From Pseudomonadota bacterium (lineage in GTDB: Bacteria; Pseudomonadota; Alphaproteobacteria; Rickettsiales; UBA1997): 64,000 nt of DNA. Position 1 is the first letter of the stretch. The number at the start of each line of letters is the position of its first letter. Made by a program: the position numbers and the translations under genes. The stretch lies in the NCBI GenBank assembly GCA_018970485.1, contig JAGWWH010000001.1:79951-143950 (forward strand). The letters run 5' to 3'. Under the pieces are notes generated by a model, which searched no databases, was not told the origin of the DNA, and saw only the letters and a list, made by a program, of their open reading frames with translations. Below are positions 1 through 10,520 of this stretch, one piece after another.

Positions 1-378
1 CTTCCTCCTCAAGCGGAGCTAAATCGCCCTCTCTTAGTAAGTGTAAAGTCTGGTTGCCGTCTTTTGACCTGCCAATAAAGGATCCACCAATCATTGGCAC
101 GAATACATCAAATTCATTCAGCGTCTCACCGAGATATTGTTTAACTTCTTCAAACTTTTGATTGCCGCTCAAAAGCTCTCTGCATGCATTTAAGTTGCGA
201 TCAAATTGCGAATCATTTCCCCAGATTTTGCATGTATGAGCACCAGCGTCTTGAAGCAAAATCTTATCACAAATTGTGCTTTTTCCAGCGGTCGAAGTTC
301 CAACTAAAAAAACTATCGGAGCATTAGTTTGTGATGGATTTTTTGATGGAAATTGTTCGGTAAAAGGTTTTTTGGACA
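1..378 (-). CDS. P-loop NTPase/kinase, C-terminally truncated by window edge (chloramphenicol-phosphotransferase-like or zeta-like kinase is only a guess)
   Basis: My own translation of the minus strand from ATG at 378..376 runs to the window edge without stops: MSKKPFTEQFPSKNPSQTNAPIVFLVGTSTAGKSTICDKILLQDAG... It has a Walker A motif, GTSTAGKST. Not in the ORF track because it is partial. Confidence 0.5.
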
Positions 379-404
379 TAAAAACTGCAAACTAACTTAA
401 AATT

Positions 405-1694
405 TTAATAGAGAATTTTGATGTCAGCGCCACAGGCGATTAGTTTTTCAGCTAGTCTTTCGTAGCCGCGTTCGAGGTGGTAAAGACGATTAATTACTGT
501 TTCTCCTTCAGCAACCAAGCCCGCCAAAACCAAACAAACAGAAGCACGAAGATCAGTTGCCATCACTTCTGCGCCAGTAAGTTTTTTAACACCTTTGACC
601 ACCGCAAGATTGCCGTGAGATTCAATGTTTGAGCTCATGCGTTGTAATTCCATCACATGCATGAAGCGATTTTCGAAGATATTTTCTTCGATGGTTGAAG
701 TGCCATCGGCAACAACCATCAAGGCCATGAATTGCGCTTGCATGTCGGTTGGAAAACCGGGGAAAGGTTGGGTGGAAATATTAACTGAGTGGATCACTTC
801 AGAAGCTCGAGTTACTTCAATTTCATTTGGTGCGACTTCTTTCAGGCTAAGTCCCGCTTGTTCTAATTCGCCTTTAAAACTCGAAATAACCCAAGGCTCA
901 ACGCCTCGCATCCTGATTTTTCCGCCAGTGATTCCAGCGGCGATTGCGTAAGTTCCAGCTTCGATTCGATCGGTAATTATTCTGTGACGTGCAGCGTGAA
1001 GCTTCTCGACACCTTGAATTACGATACGTGGAGTTCCTTCGCCTTCGATTTTTGCACCCATCGCGCGCAAACATTTTGCCAAATCTACAACTTCTGGCTC
1101 GCAAGCGGCGTTGCTTAAAACCGTCTCTCCTTCCGCCAAAGTTGCCGCCATCATAGCACTTTCGGTTGCGCCAACTGTTACTTTTTCAAAATGAATTTCA
1201 GCGCCGCGTAAACGACCATCGACTTTCGCGTCAATGTAGCCAGCGGTTAACTCGATTTTTGCGCCGAGTCTTTCCATCGCTTTTAAATGCAGATCAACAG
1301 GACGAGTGCCGATCGCACAACCTCCTGGAAGAGAAATTCTTGCTTTGCCACATCTCGCGAGAAGAGGCCCGAGAGCAAAAATTGAGGCGCGCATTTTTCT
1401 TACCAAATCGTAAGGCGCGACCGGATCGCTAGAAATATTTTTTGCGTTTAAAACAATCGCACGGCCCTGCTCTCCAAACTCCGGATCAGATCCATCAAAA
1501 GAAATTTCGATGCCCAAATTTTCGAGCAAATTTGCCATGGTTGCGATGTCTGAAACTTGCGGAACGTTGGTAAGAGTAAGTCCTTCATCCGTTAGAATCG
1601 AAGCCACCATCAAAGGCAGAGCGGCATTTTTTGCTCCGGTAATGTCGACCACGCCTTCGATTTTTTTGCCGCCGCGGATTAAAAGTTTTTTCAT
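405..1694 (-). CDS. murA: UDP-N-acetylglucosamine 1-carboxyvinyltransferase
   Basis: 429 aa. N-terminus [34 protein letters not shown], catalytic loop [15 protein letters not shown], length typical of MurA. Confidence 0.95.
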   Translation of the reverse strand: MKKLLIRGGKKIEGVVDITGAKNAALPLMVASILTDEGLTLTNVPQVSDIATMANLLENLGIEISFDGSDPEFGEQGRAIVLNAKNISSDPVAPYDLVRKMRASIFALGPLLARCGKARISLPGGCAIGTRPVDLHLKAMERLGAKIELTAGYIDAKVDGRLRGAEIHFEKVTVGATESAMMAATLAEGETVLSNAACEPEVVDLAKCLRAMGAKIEGEGTPRIVIQGVEKLHAARHRIITDRIEAGTYAIAAGITGGKIRMRGVEPWVISSFKGELEQAGLSLKEVAPNEIEVTRASEVIHSVNISTQPFPGFPTDMQAQFMALMVVADGTSTIEENIFENRFMHVMELQRMSSNIESHGNLAVVKGVKKLTGAEVMATDLRASVCLVLAGLVAEGETVINRLYHLERGYERLAEKLIACGADIKILY

Positions 1695-1702
1695 TTAGAT
1701 AT

Positions 1703-3115
1703 TTATTTTTCGTAAATTTTTACCAACTCATTCAAGAGCCTCACACCATATCCCGAAGCACCTTTAACCGCCATCGCATCACCCTTTCCTCTCCAAGCAA
1801 CTCCAGCAATATCAAGGTGTGCCCATTTAGTTTCACCGACAAAACGATGTAAAAATTGAGCAGCAGTTGTGCTTCCCGCACCGCGGCCAGAGCCGACGTT
1901 TTTCATATCAGCGATGTCTGAATTGATCATTTCATCATATTCTTCGCCAAGTGGTAAACGCCACGCGCGCTCTCCCACTTTGGCTCCGCAGCTTTCGATT
2001 TTTTTAGCTAGATCGTCATCGTTAGAAAATAATCCCGCGTAAACATCGGCGAGGGCGACAATGATCGCGCCAGTTAAGGTCGCTAAATCAACGATAAATT
2101 TCGGTTTGAATTTTGTGTTAGTGTAGTGAAGGACATCGGATAAAACTAATCTTCCTTCAGCGTCAGTATTGATCACTTCGATGGTTTGGCCAGACATTGA
2201 GCGCACGACATCTCCCGGTCTTTGCGCATTTCCCGATGGCATATTTTCAACCAATCCAATCGCGCCAACAACATTAACTTTCGCTTTACGTTGCGCGAGG
2301 TTACGCAGCAAACCAACTACAACAGCAGAACCGGCCATGTCAGTTTTCATGTCTTCCATGTTAGCTGAAGGTTTGATCGAAATTCCGCCAGTATCGAAGG
2401 TTACACCCTTGCCAACAAAGGCCAAAGGAGCTTCGCCTTTTTTGCCACCATTCCATTTGATGATGACCATTTTTGATTCTTTGTAACTTCCTTGACCGAC
2501 TCCAAGCAAGGCGTGCATACCTAATTTTTCCATTTCCGCTTCGCCAAAAACTTGCACTTCTAAGCCATCTTTTTTTAAGGCTTGGCAGATTTCTGCGTAG
2601 CTCTCTGGATTCAATACATTCGAAGGTTCAGAGACTAAATCACGAGTGAAGAAAATATTGTCAGCGAGAATTTTTAGCGGCGCAAAATCTTTGCTAACCT
2701 TAGAAACATCTGAGGTAACGAAAGTGAGAGATTCCAACTTTAGCTCTTTGCTTTTCTTCTTATTTTCAAAATATTTGTTAAAGCGATAAGACTGCAAAAG
2801 CCCGCCAAAAGCGACTTGCGCAAGGTTTTCTGACTCGAACAAAACTGCAGCTTGTTTGATTTTTGATGAATTTAAAAAGGCAACAATGCTTGAGCCCACT
2901 TTTTGCAAAACGAGTTCATCCATCTTCTTTATTGGTCCGGCGCCAATCAAAATATTTTCTGAAACCAAAGCGGCCTGATTAATTTTTCCCTCAAAACCGA
3001 AATTTTCTTTGGCGAATTTAACTATTTTAGAGCTAGATTTCTTAACCTCTTCTTCAGTTAAAACTAAAACTTTAGACAAGGAATTACCGGCTTGCGAAGC
3101 GAAGTTGATTTTCAT
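1703..3115 (-). CDS. pepA: leucyl aminopeptidase (M17)
   Basis: 470 aa. M17 signature VGKGVTFDTGGISIKP and NTDAEGRLVLSD. Confidence 0.93.
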   Translation of the reverse strand: MKINFASQAGNSLSKVLVLTEEEVKKSSSKIVKFAKENFGFEGKINQAALVSENILIGAGPIKKMDELVLQKVGSSIVAFLNSSKIKQAAVLFESENLAQVAFGGLLQSYRFNKYFENKKKSKELKLESLTFVTSDVSKVSKDFAPLKILADNIFFTRDLVSEPSNVLNPESYAEICQALKKDGLEVQVFGEAEMEKLGMHALLGVGQGSYKESKMVIIKWNGGKKGEAPLAFVGKGVTFDTGGISIKPSANMEDMKTDMAGSAVVVGLLRNLAQRKAKVNVVGAIGLVENMPSGNAQRPGDVVRSMSGQTIEVINTDAEGRLVLSDVLHYTNTKFKPKFIVDLATLTGAIIVALADVYAGLFSNDDDLAKKIESCGAKVGERAWRLPLGEEYDEMINSDIADMKNVGSGRGAGSTTAAQFLHRFVGETKWAHLDIAGVAWRGKGDAMAVKGASGYGVRLLNELVKIYEK

Positions 3116-3160
3116 GTTTTTATTGGAAATTGAATTTGGAAAACGCGAGTCAAACTAGGA

Positions 3161-3868
3161 GTGACTATCAAAATGCCAAACGATTTTACGTTAATTTTCT
3201 CTCTACTCACACTTGGTTTTTTCGGCGGATTTACTCATTGCATTGGCATGTGTGGACCATTCGTAATTACTCAAAATTCAAATCGTCTCCAACAAATTCC
3301 TCTCGAAAAATTTTACGGAATTGAGCGTTTAAAAAACCTCGCACTTCTGCCTTATCAATCTGGTCGGATCACCACTTACTCTTTGATTGGATTTTTTTCC
3401 TCCCTATTGAGTGAAAATATTCGCGAGGAATTTGGGTTTAAAATCGTCTCAATAATTTTACTGCTTTTGGCTTCTTTGTTTTTTTTTAATCTCGCCTTTG
3501 AAGGGAAATTAAAATTGTCATTTAAATCACCAATTTTAGAAGGAGTGAGGTTTTTTCCTCGAAAAATACTTAGCCTCTTATTCCTTAATCCACGTGGATT
3601 TAGGGGATATTTTCTTGGTATAATTTTGGGGTTTATTCCTTGTGGACTTCTTTACGGAGCATTCCTGATTTCAGCAGCAATTTTTAATCCATTTTTAGCT
3701 GCATTTGGAATGTTTGTTTTTGGTCTCGCAACATTTCCGTCATTATTTCTAACAGCTTGCGGCGGAAATATTTTACAAAGAATTCCTGAATTTAAAATTG
3801 TTGCCAAAGCCTTGATTTTGCTCAACGCAATCATGCTTTTGCTAATGGCAATAAAGTTAATTAATTAG
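3161..3868 (+). CDS. polytopic membrane protein, DsbD_2/UreH-like (TauE/SafE-annotated family)
   Basis: 235 aa, multiple hydrophobic helices, N-terminal [13 protein letters not shown] motif (HCxxMCGP). Lies directly upstream of ccoN with a 7-nt gap. An alternative start at MPNDF (3173) is possible. Confidence 0.6.
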   Translation: MTIKMPNDFTLIFSLLTLGFFGGFTHCIGMCGPFVITQNSNRLQQIPLEKFYGIERLKNLALLPYQSGRITTYSLIGFFSSLLSENIREEFGFKIVSIILLLLASLFFFNLAFEGKLKLSFKSPILEGVRFFPRKILSLLFLNPRGFRGYFLGIILGFIPCGLLYGAFLISAAIFNPFLAAFGMFVFGLATFPSLFLTACGGNILQRIPEFKIVAKALILLNAIMLLLMAIKLIN

Positions 3869-3875
3869 ATCAATC

Positions 3876-5288
3876 ATGTCTTCGACTAGCAGCAACGCTC
3901 CGGTTTCTTACAATTATGATATTCTCAAACTATTCACTATTGCCGCAACTTTCTGGGCGATTGTTGGGATGAGCGCCGGAGTTTTGATTGCCTCGCAGCT
4001 CGCATTTCCTGCTTTAAATTTTGACATTGAGTGGTTGAGTTTTGGTCGCGTGCGCCCACTCCACACTTCAGCGGTAATTTTTGCTTTTGGCGGAAATGCG
4101 CTTTTTGCGACTAGCTTTTTCGTTGTTCAACGCACTTCTCAAGCAAGGCTTTGGGGATCTGACAATTTGCACAAATTTATCTTTTTTGGATATCAAACTT
4201 TCATCGTCATAGCAGCTTATGGATACTTAAACGGAATAACTCAGGCCAAGGAATATGCCGAACCAGAATGGTATGCGGATTTATTGCTAACCATCATTTG
4301 GGTTTGCTATTTCTTGGTTTACGTCATGACTCTCAAAAGCCGTCGCGAGCCGCATATTTACGTCGCAAACTGGTTCTATCTAGGCTTCATCGTTACTGTC
4401 GCAGTTCTTCACATCGTCAATAATCTTGCCATTCCTTTACGTTTAGATGGTGCAGAAAGTTATCCAATTTTTGGCGGAGTGCAAAGCGCGATGATTCAAT
4501 GGTGGTATGGTCACAATGCCGTCGGATTTTTCCTAACTGCGGGCTTTATCGGGATGATGTATTACTTCGTTCCAAAGCGCGCAGAGCGTCCAGTTTATTC
4601 TTATCGCCTTTCCATTCTGCACTTCTGGTCTTTGATCTTCATCTACATCTGGGCTGGCCCTCACCACTTGCACTACACCTCCCTCCCTGATTGGGTACAA
4701 ACTCTTGGCATGACATTCTCGATTATGCTTTGGATGCCATCTTGGGGCGGTATGATCAACGGGATCATGACGCTCTCTGGCGCTTGGGATAAATTGCGCA
4801 CTGATCCGGTTTTGCGCTTCTTAATAACCGCAGTTGCTTTCTACGGAATGAGCACTTTTGAAGGTCCACTAATGGCAATAAAATCAGTCAATGCTCTCTC
4901 TCATTACACCGATTGGACAGTTGGTCACGTCCACTCAGGTGCTCTTGGATGGGTTGCTTTAATCAGCTTTGGAGCTCTTTATCACATGGTTCCGATCCTT
5001 TGGAAAAAGAAAGATCTCTACTCAATAAAGCTCGTTTCGATCCACTTCTGGCTCGCCTCAACCGGTATCGTTCTTTATATCGTGGCAATGTGGATTTCGG
5101 GAATTACTCAAGGTCTGATGTGGCGCGCCTACGATAAAATGGGCTTCCTACAATATTCTTTCGTTGAAACCTTGGTCGCACTTCATCCTCTTTACGTCAC
5201 TCGCGCTCTCGGCGGCATTCTCTTCCTTGCCGGCGCTTGTGTGATGGCTTACAATTTCTACAAAACGATTAATTCAAAAAATGCTTAA
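3876..5288 (+). CDS. ccoN: cbb3-type cytochrome c oxidase subunit I
   Basis: 470 aa polytopic haem-copper oxidase. Conserved His-containing segments: [49 protein letters not shown]. Followed by ccoO/Q/P. Confidence 0.95.
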   Translation: MSSTSSNAPVSYNYDILKLFTIAATFWAIVGMSAGVLIASQLAFPALNFDIEWLSFGRVRPLHTSAVIFAFGGNALFATSFFVVQRTSQARLWGSDNLHKFIFFGYQTFIVIAAYGYLNGITQAKEYAEPEWYADLLLTIIWVCYFLVYVMTLKSRREPHIYVANWFYLGFIVTVAVLHIVNNLAIPLRLDGAESYPIFGGVQSAMIQWWYGHNAVGFFLTAGFIGMMYYFVPKRAERPVYSYRLSILHFWSLIFIYIWAGPHHLHYTSLPDWVQTLGMTFSIMLWMPSWGGMINGIMTLSGAWDKLRTDPVLRFLITAVAFYGMSTFEGPLMAIKSVNALSHYTDWTVGHVHSGALGWVALISFGALYHMVPILWKKKDLYSIKLVSIHFWLASTGIVLYIVAMWISGITQGLMWRAYDKMGFLQYSFVETLVALHPLYVTRALGGILFLAGACVMAYNFYKTINSKNA

Positions 5289-6015
5289 GCATCACGACAA
5301 AATCGAACGTAATTCGGTCTTACTTCTAATTCTAACTGTAATCGTTATTTCAATCGGTGGTTTGGTTGAAATCGTTCCACTCTTCCGCATCGAACAAACT
5401 ATCGAAAAAGTAGAGGGAATGAGGCCTTACACTCCGTTAGAATTGGCGGGCGCAAAAATCTACAAACGTGAGGGCTGCTATGGTTGTCACTCGCAACAAG
5501 TCCGGGTATTAAGAGATGAAGTTGAGCGCTACGGACACTACTCTCTCGCCGCTGAAAGCATGTATGATTACCCATTTCAGTGGGGATCAAAACGCACTGG
5601 CCCTGATTTGGCGAGGGTTGGTGGTAAATATTCCGATCAATGGCACACGCGTCACTTGATTAATCCGAGAAACCTCGTTCCAGAATCGATAATGCCTGGA
5701 TACAAATTTTTAATTGAGCGTGATGCAAAAATCTCTGATCTAGCCACAGACATGGAAGTTCTGCGTAAAATTGGCGTGCCCTACACCGATGAAATGATTC
5801 AAAACGCGGTCTCTGACGCTATGGTTCAGGCCTCTTCTGAGCGCGAATCGACTGGGCTAATTAATCGCTACGGTAAAAAAGTTAATACACGGGATTTCGA
5901 TGGTAATCCAAACAAAGTTTCCGAAATGGATGCTCTTGTATCCTATCTACAAACCTTAGGAACTTTCGTTGATTTCGCTAAATTTGATCCAATTTTAAAG
6001 AAAAAAGAAAAATGA
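5281..6015 (+). CDS. ccoO: cbb3-type cytochrome c oxidase subunit II (monohaem)
   Basis: 244 aa. N-terminal TM helix, one haem c site CYGCHSQ. Start overlaps the ccoN stop by 8 nt. Confidence 0.93.
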   Translation: MLKHHDKIERNSVLLLILTVIVISIGGLVEIVPLFRIEQTIEKVEGMRPYTPLELAGAKIYKREGCYGCHSQQVRVLRDEVERYGHYSLAAESMYDYPFQWGSKRTGPDLARVGGKYSDQWHTRHLINPRNLVPESIMPGYKFLIERDAKISDLATDMEVLRKIGVPYTDEMIQNAVSDAMVQASSERESTGLINRYGKKVNTRDFDGNPNKVSEMDALVSYLQTLGTFVDFAKFDPILKKKEK

Positions 6016-6164
6016 TCGAAAACCTGATTCGCTTAGCCCCAACAATCGGAACAATTTTTTTCTTCCTCACTTTTTGTTACGTGATTTATTCAGTTTTTAA
6101 AAAGGATTCCGGCAAGAAATTTGATCAATACTCAAAAATTCCCTTCAATGATCGAGAAAAATAA
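6012..6164 (+). CDS. ccoQ: cbb3 oxidase small subunit CcoQ/FixQ-like
   Basis: 50-aa ORF found by hand, below the ORF-track cutoff: [50 protein letters not shown]. Single TM helix. ATGA overlap with the ccoO stop. Canonical position between ccoO and ccoP. Confidence 0.6.
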   Translation: MIENLIRLAPTIGTIFFFLTFCYVIYSVFKKDSGKKFDQYSKIPFNDREK

Positions 6165-7008
6165 AGAAAACAAAAACACTTCAAAAACTACTGGTCACGA
6201 ATGGGATGGAATTTCTGAATATAATATTCCCGCCCCTCGTTGGTGGCTCATTGTTTGGATCGTATGCATCGTTTGGGCCTTAATTTATTGGGTATTTTAT
6301 CCAACTTGGCCAGTTCCTGGTGGACACTCAAAAGGAATCTTAAACTGGTCGCAGCAGTCTCAATTAAACGAGTCTCAAATGGAGATAACTGAGAAAAAAT
6401 CGACTTATCTCGAGAAAATTTCAAAAATGAGTCTGCAAGAAATCCAGAAGGATCCAAATTTAATGGAGTTTGCTCTTAATGGCGGAAGAGCTTCATTCAA
6501 AGAAAACTGCGCAGGATGTCACGGATCTGGGGCTCAAGGTTCAAAAGGATTTCCCAACTTAAATGATGATGACTGGCTCTGGGGCGGAACGCTCGATCAA
6601 ATTCAACAAACCCTCTATTACGGCATCAGATCTGGACATGATAAAGCTCGTACTAGCCAAATGCCTTCTTTTGGCCTCGATAAAATTTTAACCAAGAAAG
6701 AAATTTCCGATGTCGTAGATCACGTAATATCTCTAGCCCAAACTGATAAAGTCGGCAATGAAAATGGTGCAAAAATATTTGCTTCAAACTGCGCATCTTG
6801 TCATGGTTTAAAAGGCGAAGGAAATAGATCCGTAGGCGCACCGAACTTGTCTGATGCAATTTGGCTTTATGGCAAAGAAAAATCAGAAATTACCTTCTCA
6901 GTTTATTATGCCTATGCAGGAGTAATGCCTTATTGGACAGGAAGATTGGACGAGAATACGATTAAACAACTCGCGCTTTACGTTCACTCGCTTGGTGGCG
7001 GAGAATAG
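6148..7008 (+). CDS. ccoP: cbb3-type cytochrome c oxidase subunit III (dihaem)
   Basis: Two haem c sites, CAGCHG and CASCHG, after an N-terminal TM helix. The track ORF starts at a TTG (6121); I prefer the ATG at 6148 (MIEKNKENK...), which overlaps ccoQ by 17 nt. Confidence 0.9.
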   Translation: MIEKNKENKNTSKTTGHEWDGISEYNIPAPRWWLIVWIVCIVWALIYWVFYPTWPVPGGHSKGILNWSQQSQLNESQMEITEKKSTYLEKISKMSLQEIQKDPNLMEFALNGGRASFKENCAGCHGSGAQGSKGFPNLNDDDWLWGGTLDQIQQTLYYGIRSGHDKARTSQMPSFGLDKILTKKEISDVVDHVISLAQTDKVGNENGAKIFASNCASCHGLKGEGNRSVGAPNLSDAIWLYGKEKSEITFSVYYAYAGVMPYWTGRLDENTIKQLALYVHSLGGGE

Positions 7009-7096
7009 AAAAATTCTTTGCTGTAGAGAGGTTTGGAAATAGCTCTAAGAAAAGATCCTAAAAATATTCTATCCCAACTACTCTAAGATTTTTTTA

Positions 7097-7750
7097 TTAC
7101 TCTTTGAAAGAATTTGCTCGGACAGACCCTAAAGATTTATCGATGGCGTAGTTTAAGTTTTTTACCGCCACTTCTTCTCCTTCAGGATGATCCCAAACGT
7201 AAGAAATAACTGATACAAAATCAGCGCCAGCCCTTACTAAGTATTCACAATTTTTATCGGTAATTCCACCAATCGTCACCACCGGCAGATTAGTCATTTC
7301 ATTGGCCCATTCGATAATTTCTAATTTTGGCTTACCACGCGAAACTTTAGTTTTGCTTGGGAAAAATGCGCCAAAAGAAATATAATCTGCTCCCTGCTCT
7401 CCGGCCTCCATGGCTAAATGTCGTGAGTCGTAACAACTCGCACCAATAACAAAATTTTCTGGACAATTTTTACGCGCTTCAAGGATTGAGCCATCATCAA
7501 CTCCAAGATGAACGCCGCCTGCATTCAATTCCAGAGCGATTTGGTAAGAATCATTAAGTAAAAAAAGACAATTATTCTGATTACAAATCTTTTGTAACTC
7601 GCGCGCGGTTTTAATAATTTCTTTTTTTTCAGAACCCTTTGCTCGCATCTGAAAAACTGGAACGAGGCCGGTTTTTAAAACTTTTTCCAAGCGCGGTGAG
7701 AAGTTTTTTAAATCGATTTTTTCAGGAGAAATTAGATAAATTTTTGTCAT
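7097..7750 (-). CDS. thiE: thiamine-phosphate synthase
   Basis: Segments FQMRAKG, GVHLG, VVTIGGI and the length fit the ThiE TIM-barrel family. The track start (7762) is a TTG; the ATG at 7750 (MTKIYLISPE) is preferred. Confidence 0.85.
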   Translation of the reverse strand: MTKIYLISPEKIDLKNFSPRLEKVLKTGLVPVFQMRAKGSEKKEIIKTARELQKICNQNNCLFLLNDSYQIALELNAGGVHLGVDDGSILEARKNCPENFVIGASCYDSRHLAMEAGEQGADYISFGAFFPSKTKVSRGKPKLEIIEWANEMTNLPVVTIGGITDKNCEYLVRAGADFVSVISYVWDHPEGEEVAVKNLNYAIDKSLGSVRANSFKE

Positions 7751-7847
7751 CTTGGGCAGCAAAATTTTGTCTTGGGGCGATCGTAAATATTGTAAATTTG
7801 TTCCGAGATAATCCGCTACTCAGCTTTGATTAGCTTGGATAAACTCA

Positions 7848-9470
7848 CTATTTCTTGCGTCTAAAAAATGCAGGAACGTTCAAGATATCGTCATCAAACC
7901 TTACTTCGGTTTTCTCTTCTTCGCCTTCGTCAAAAACTGTTGATCCAAAAAATTGTTGACGCTTTTTCTCTAAATCTTCTTTTTTTGCCGAAGGAGATTT
8001 TTTGATTGGAGTTTCCTCAATCGCAAATTCTTCTGCAAAAACTTGATTTTCCGGCTCATCCTTTTCTTCGTTTTTAACAGAGTCGTCAGTATTTTTTGAC
8101 GGGTTCATAAAGCTAAAAAGACTGAATCCTGAGTTTTCTTTTTTAGCTTTTGGCTTTGATTTTATTGGTTTAGCGACTGATTTGATTTCTTCTGCTGGAT
8201 CTTCTTTTTCAACTTCAAAAAACCCTTCCTCTTGAACAGAAACTTCTTCAACCATTTCAAAGAAAGGTTCGCTTTTTTTGTAGTCAGATTTTTTTGGCTT
8301 GAAGTCGACTTCGCTGATCTCCTCAACCTCCTCCTCTTCTGGCATTACCGAAATACCAGGATCAAAGAAATTTTTTGCTGAAGGTTTTTCCTCGGATTCA
8401 ACTTTAAAACGAGAAGGCTCGAAATTTGTTTTAACAGACTCACGCCTGAAGTCTTCTCCGTCGATGCCAGTTGCCACGACAGAAATACGAATCTTTCCCT
8501 TCATATTTTCGTTGAAAGCAGATCCAAAAATAATGTTGGCATTAGAATCAACTTCTTTGCGAATTGCGTTTACAGCCATATCAGCCTCAAATAGCGTCAT
8601 ATCTGGGCCGCCAGTCATATTCACAAGAACGCCCTTTGCGCCTTTTATTGAAATATCATCAAGAAGTGGATTTGAAACCGCAGCTTCGCAAGCAACAATA
8701 GCGCGGTTTTCGCCTTCTGCTTCGCCCGTTCCCATCATCGCTTTGCCCATTTTAGTCATAATTGTGCGAATATCGGCAAAATCTAAATTAACTAAACCTG
8801 GCATGGTTATCAAATCAGTAATGCCGCGAACCCCCGCCTGCAAGACATCGTCAGCCATTTTAAATGCTGATTCAAAGGTTGTGTGTTCGTTAGCAATTCT
8901 GAAAAGATTTTGATTCGGAATGATGATCAAAGTGTCGACGTATTTTTTTAACTCTTCAATTCCCGCTTCAGCGATTTCCATGCGGTATTTTCCTTCAAAA
9001 TGAAAAGGTTTAGTAACAACGCCAACTGTCAAAATATCGCGCTCGCGAGCAAGTTTCGCAATAACTGGGGCTCCGCCAGTTCCTGTTCCACCGCCCATTC
9101 CAGCGGCAATGAAAACCATATTATTTCCTTCAAGAAATTGTGCGATTTCATCGAGATTTTCTTCAGCTGCGGCTCTTCCACGATCTGGAAAAGATCCAGC
9201 TCCAAGACCTTTTGTAGCTTTCAATCCAAGCTGAATTCTATTTGGGGTAAGAGAATTATTCAGAGCTTGTGCGTCGGTATTTGCCGCAACAAACTCAACT
9301 CCCTCGAGCTTTGAGCGCATCATATTGTTGATCGCATTACCTCCGGCACCTCCAACACCAAAAATTGTAATTCTTGGCTTAAGATTGTCTGATTCAGGAG
9401 AGTCGATATTGAGAGAAACGCTAGGAATAGATTTTGCTCTGCGTTTTGTCGGAGTAGGATTTTCTAGCAT
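7848..9470 (-). CDS. ftsZ: cell division GTPase FtsZ with long acidic/lysine-rich linker
   Basis: 540 aa. Tubulin signature [11 protein letters not shown] and N-terminal [14 protein letters not shown]. About 200-aa E/K-rich linker. C-terminal conserved peptide [15 protein letters not shown]. Confidence 0.95.
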   Translation of the reverse strand: MLENPTPTKRRAKSIPSVSLNIDSPESDNLKPRITIFGVGGAGGNAINNMMRSKLEGVEFVAANTDAQALNNSLTPNRIQLGLKATKGLGAGSFPDRGRAAAEENLDEIAQFLEGNNMVFIAAGMGGGTGTGGAPVIAKLARERDILTVGVVTKPFHFEGKYRMEIAEAGIEELKKYVDTLIIIPNQNLFRIANEHTTFESAFKMADDVLQAGVRGITDLITMPGLVNLDFADIRTIMTKMGKAMMGTGEAEGENRAIVACEAAVSNPLLDDISIKGAKGVLVNMTGGPDMTLFEADMAVNAIRKEVDSNANIIFGSAFNENMKGKIRISVVATGIDGEDFRRESVKTNFEPSRFKVESEEKPSAKNFFDPGISVMPEEEEVEEISEVDFKPKKSDYKKSEPFFEMVEEVSVQEEGFFEVEKEDPAEEIKSVAKPIKSKPKAKKENSGFSLFSFMNPSKNTDDSVKNEEKDEPENQVFAEEFAIEETPIKKSPSAKKEDLEKKRQQFFGSTVFDEGEEEKTEVRFDDDILNVPAFFRRKK

Positions 9471-10513
9471 GAAAGGGTAGATTTGATTATTTCGTCTTCG
9501 CGATTGATTGAGATTATTTTCTTTTCTTTGTCGATCAAAAGATCAACGAAATTAAAAATATTTTTAGCAAAAACTTTGCTCGCATCAGCAGCAACTCTGG
9601 AAGGAAAATTTTCGTGACCGATGATTTTCACGCCATTTATTTCGATGATTTTTCCTGGCTGAGTCAGTGCGCAATTTCCACCATTAACAGCTGCGAGATC
9701 AACAATGATCGAGCCTGACTTCATTGATCTCACCATTTCTTCTGAAATTAAAATTGGTGCTTTTTTGCCTGGAATTAATGCGGTCGTAATTACCACATCT
9801 TGATTTTTGATCGTGTCTTTAAGCAGCTGTTCCTGAAGTTTTTTATATTCCTCACTCACTTCTTTTGCGTAAACTCCGTCATTTTTTTCTTCGGATTTAA
9901 CTTCGATAAATTTCGCGCCAAGGCTTTGCACCTGCTCTTTCGCCGCAGCGCGAACATCAAAAGCACAAACCACCGCACCTAATCTTTTTGCAGTCGCGAT
10001 TGCCTGTAAGCCAGCAACGCCAGCGCCAATGATCATGAACTTCGCAGCGGAGATTGTTCCGGCTGCAGTCATCATCATTGGAAGAATTTTCGGCATTTCA
10101 TAAGCGGCGTCAATCACGGCGCGGTATCCCGCTAAATTGCTTTGCGAAGAAAGGGCATCCATGCTTTGCGCACGAGTGATGCGCGGAATGAAATCGAGAG
10201 CGAAAGCAAAAACATTGCCTTGAACCAATTTTTCTTTGGTGACGAAAAGAACGCCCGTCTTGGTTTTACTGAAATCAACATCAACTCTTTGCACAGAAAT
10301 AATCACATCAACATCCGCTAGAACTTGCGAAATGTCAGAAACGATTTGCGCTCCAGCTTTAGAAAATTCTGTATCAGGAATCGCTGACTTCTCTCCAGCT
10401 TTTTCTTCAACCAAAACTTCAAATCCAAGTTTTTGATATTTGACAACTAAATCAGGAGTAAGAGCAACGCGGTTTTCTGCTTGGTGAGTTTCTTTGAGAG
10501 CTAAGAGTTTCAT
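9464..10513 (-). CDS. pntAA: NAD(P) transhydrogenase alpha subunit part 1 (dI domain)
   Basis: 349 aa. N-terminus [40 protein letters not shown] and Rossmann motif [20 protein letters not shown] match the PntA/alanine-dehydrogenase fold. No pntAB/pntB is adjacent. Stop overlaps the ftsZ start by 7 nt. Confidence 0.85.
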   Translation of the reverse strand: MKLLALKETHQAENRVALTPDLVVKYQKLGFEVLVEEKAGEKSAIPDTEFSKAGAQIVSDISQVLADVDVIISVQRVDVDFSKTKTGVLFVTKEKLVQGNVFAFALDFIPRITRAQSMDALSSQSNLAGYRAVIDAAYEMPKILPMMMTAAGTISAAKFMIIGAGVAGLQAIATAKRLGAVVCAFDVRAAAKEQVQSLGAKFIEVKSEEKNDGVYAKEVSEEYKKLQEQLLKDTIKNQDVVITTALIPGKKAPILISEEMVRSMKSGSIIVDLAAVNGGNCALTQPGKIIEINGVKIIGHENFPSRVAADASKVFAKNIFNFVDLLIDKEKKIISINREDEIIKSTLSC

Positions 10514-10520
10514 GAGCGTG

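Noticed and set aside
625-951. 108-aa plus-strand ORF, and similar antisense or out-of-frame ORFs inside well-supported genes: 898..1104, 1166..1432, 2169..2486, 8299..8913, 9000..9314, 10623..10952, 11754..12128, 49798..50151, 50572..50889, 54110..54604 and others.
   Set aside because: Each lies entirely within a gene carrying strong family motifs (murA, pepA, ftsZ, nuoL, aspS, VirB6-like). The translations are low-complexity with no motifs, as expected for shadow ORFs.
9464-10513. Alternative call of this ORF as alanine dehydrogenase.
   Set aside because: The N-terminal [10 protein letters not shown] segment and overall pattern fit PntA dI better by eye. Both families share the fold, though, so an HMM comparison should confirm it.
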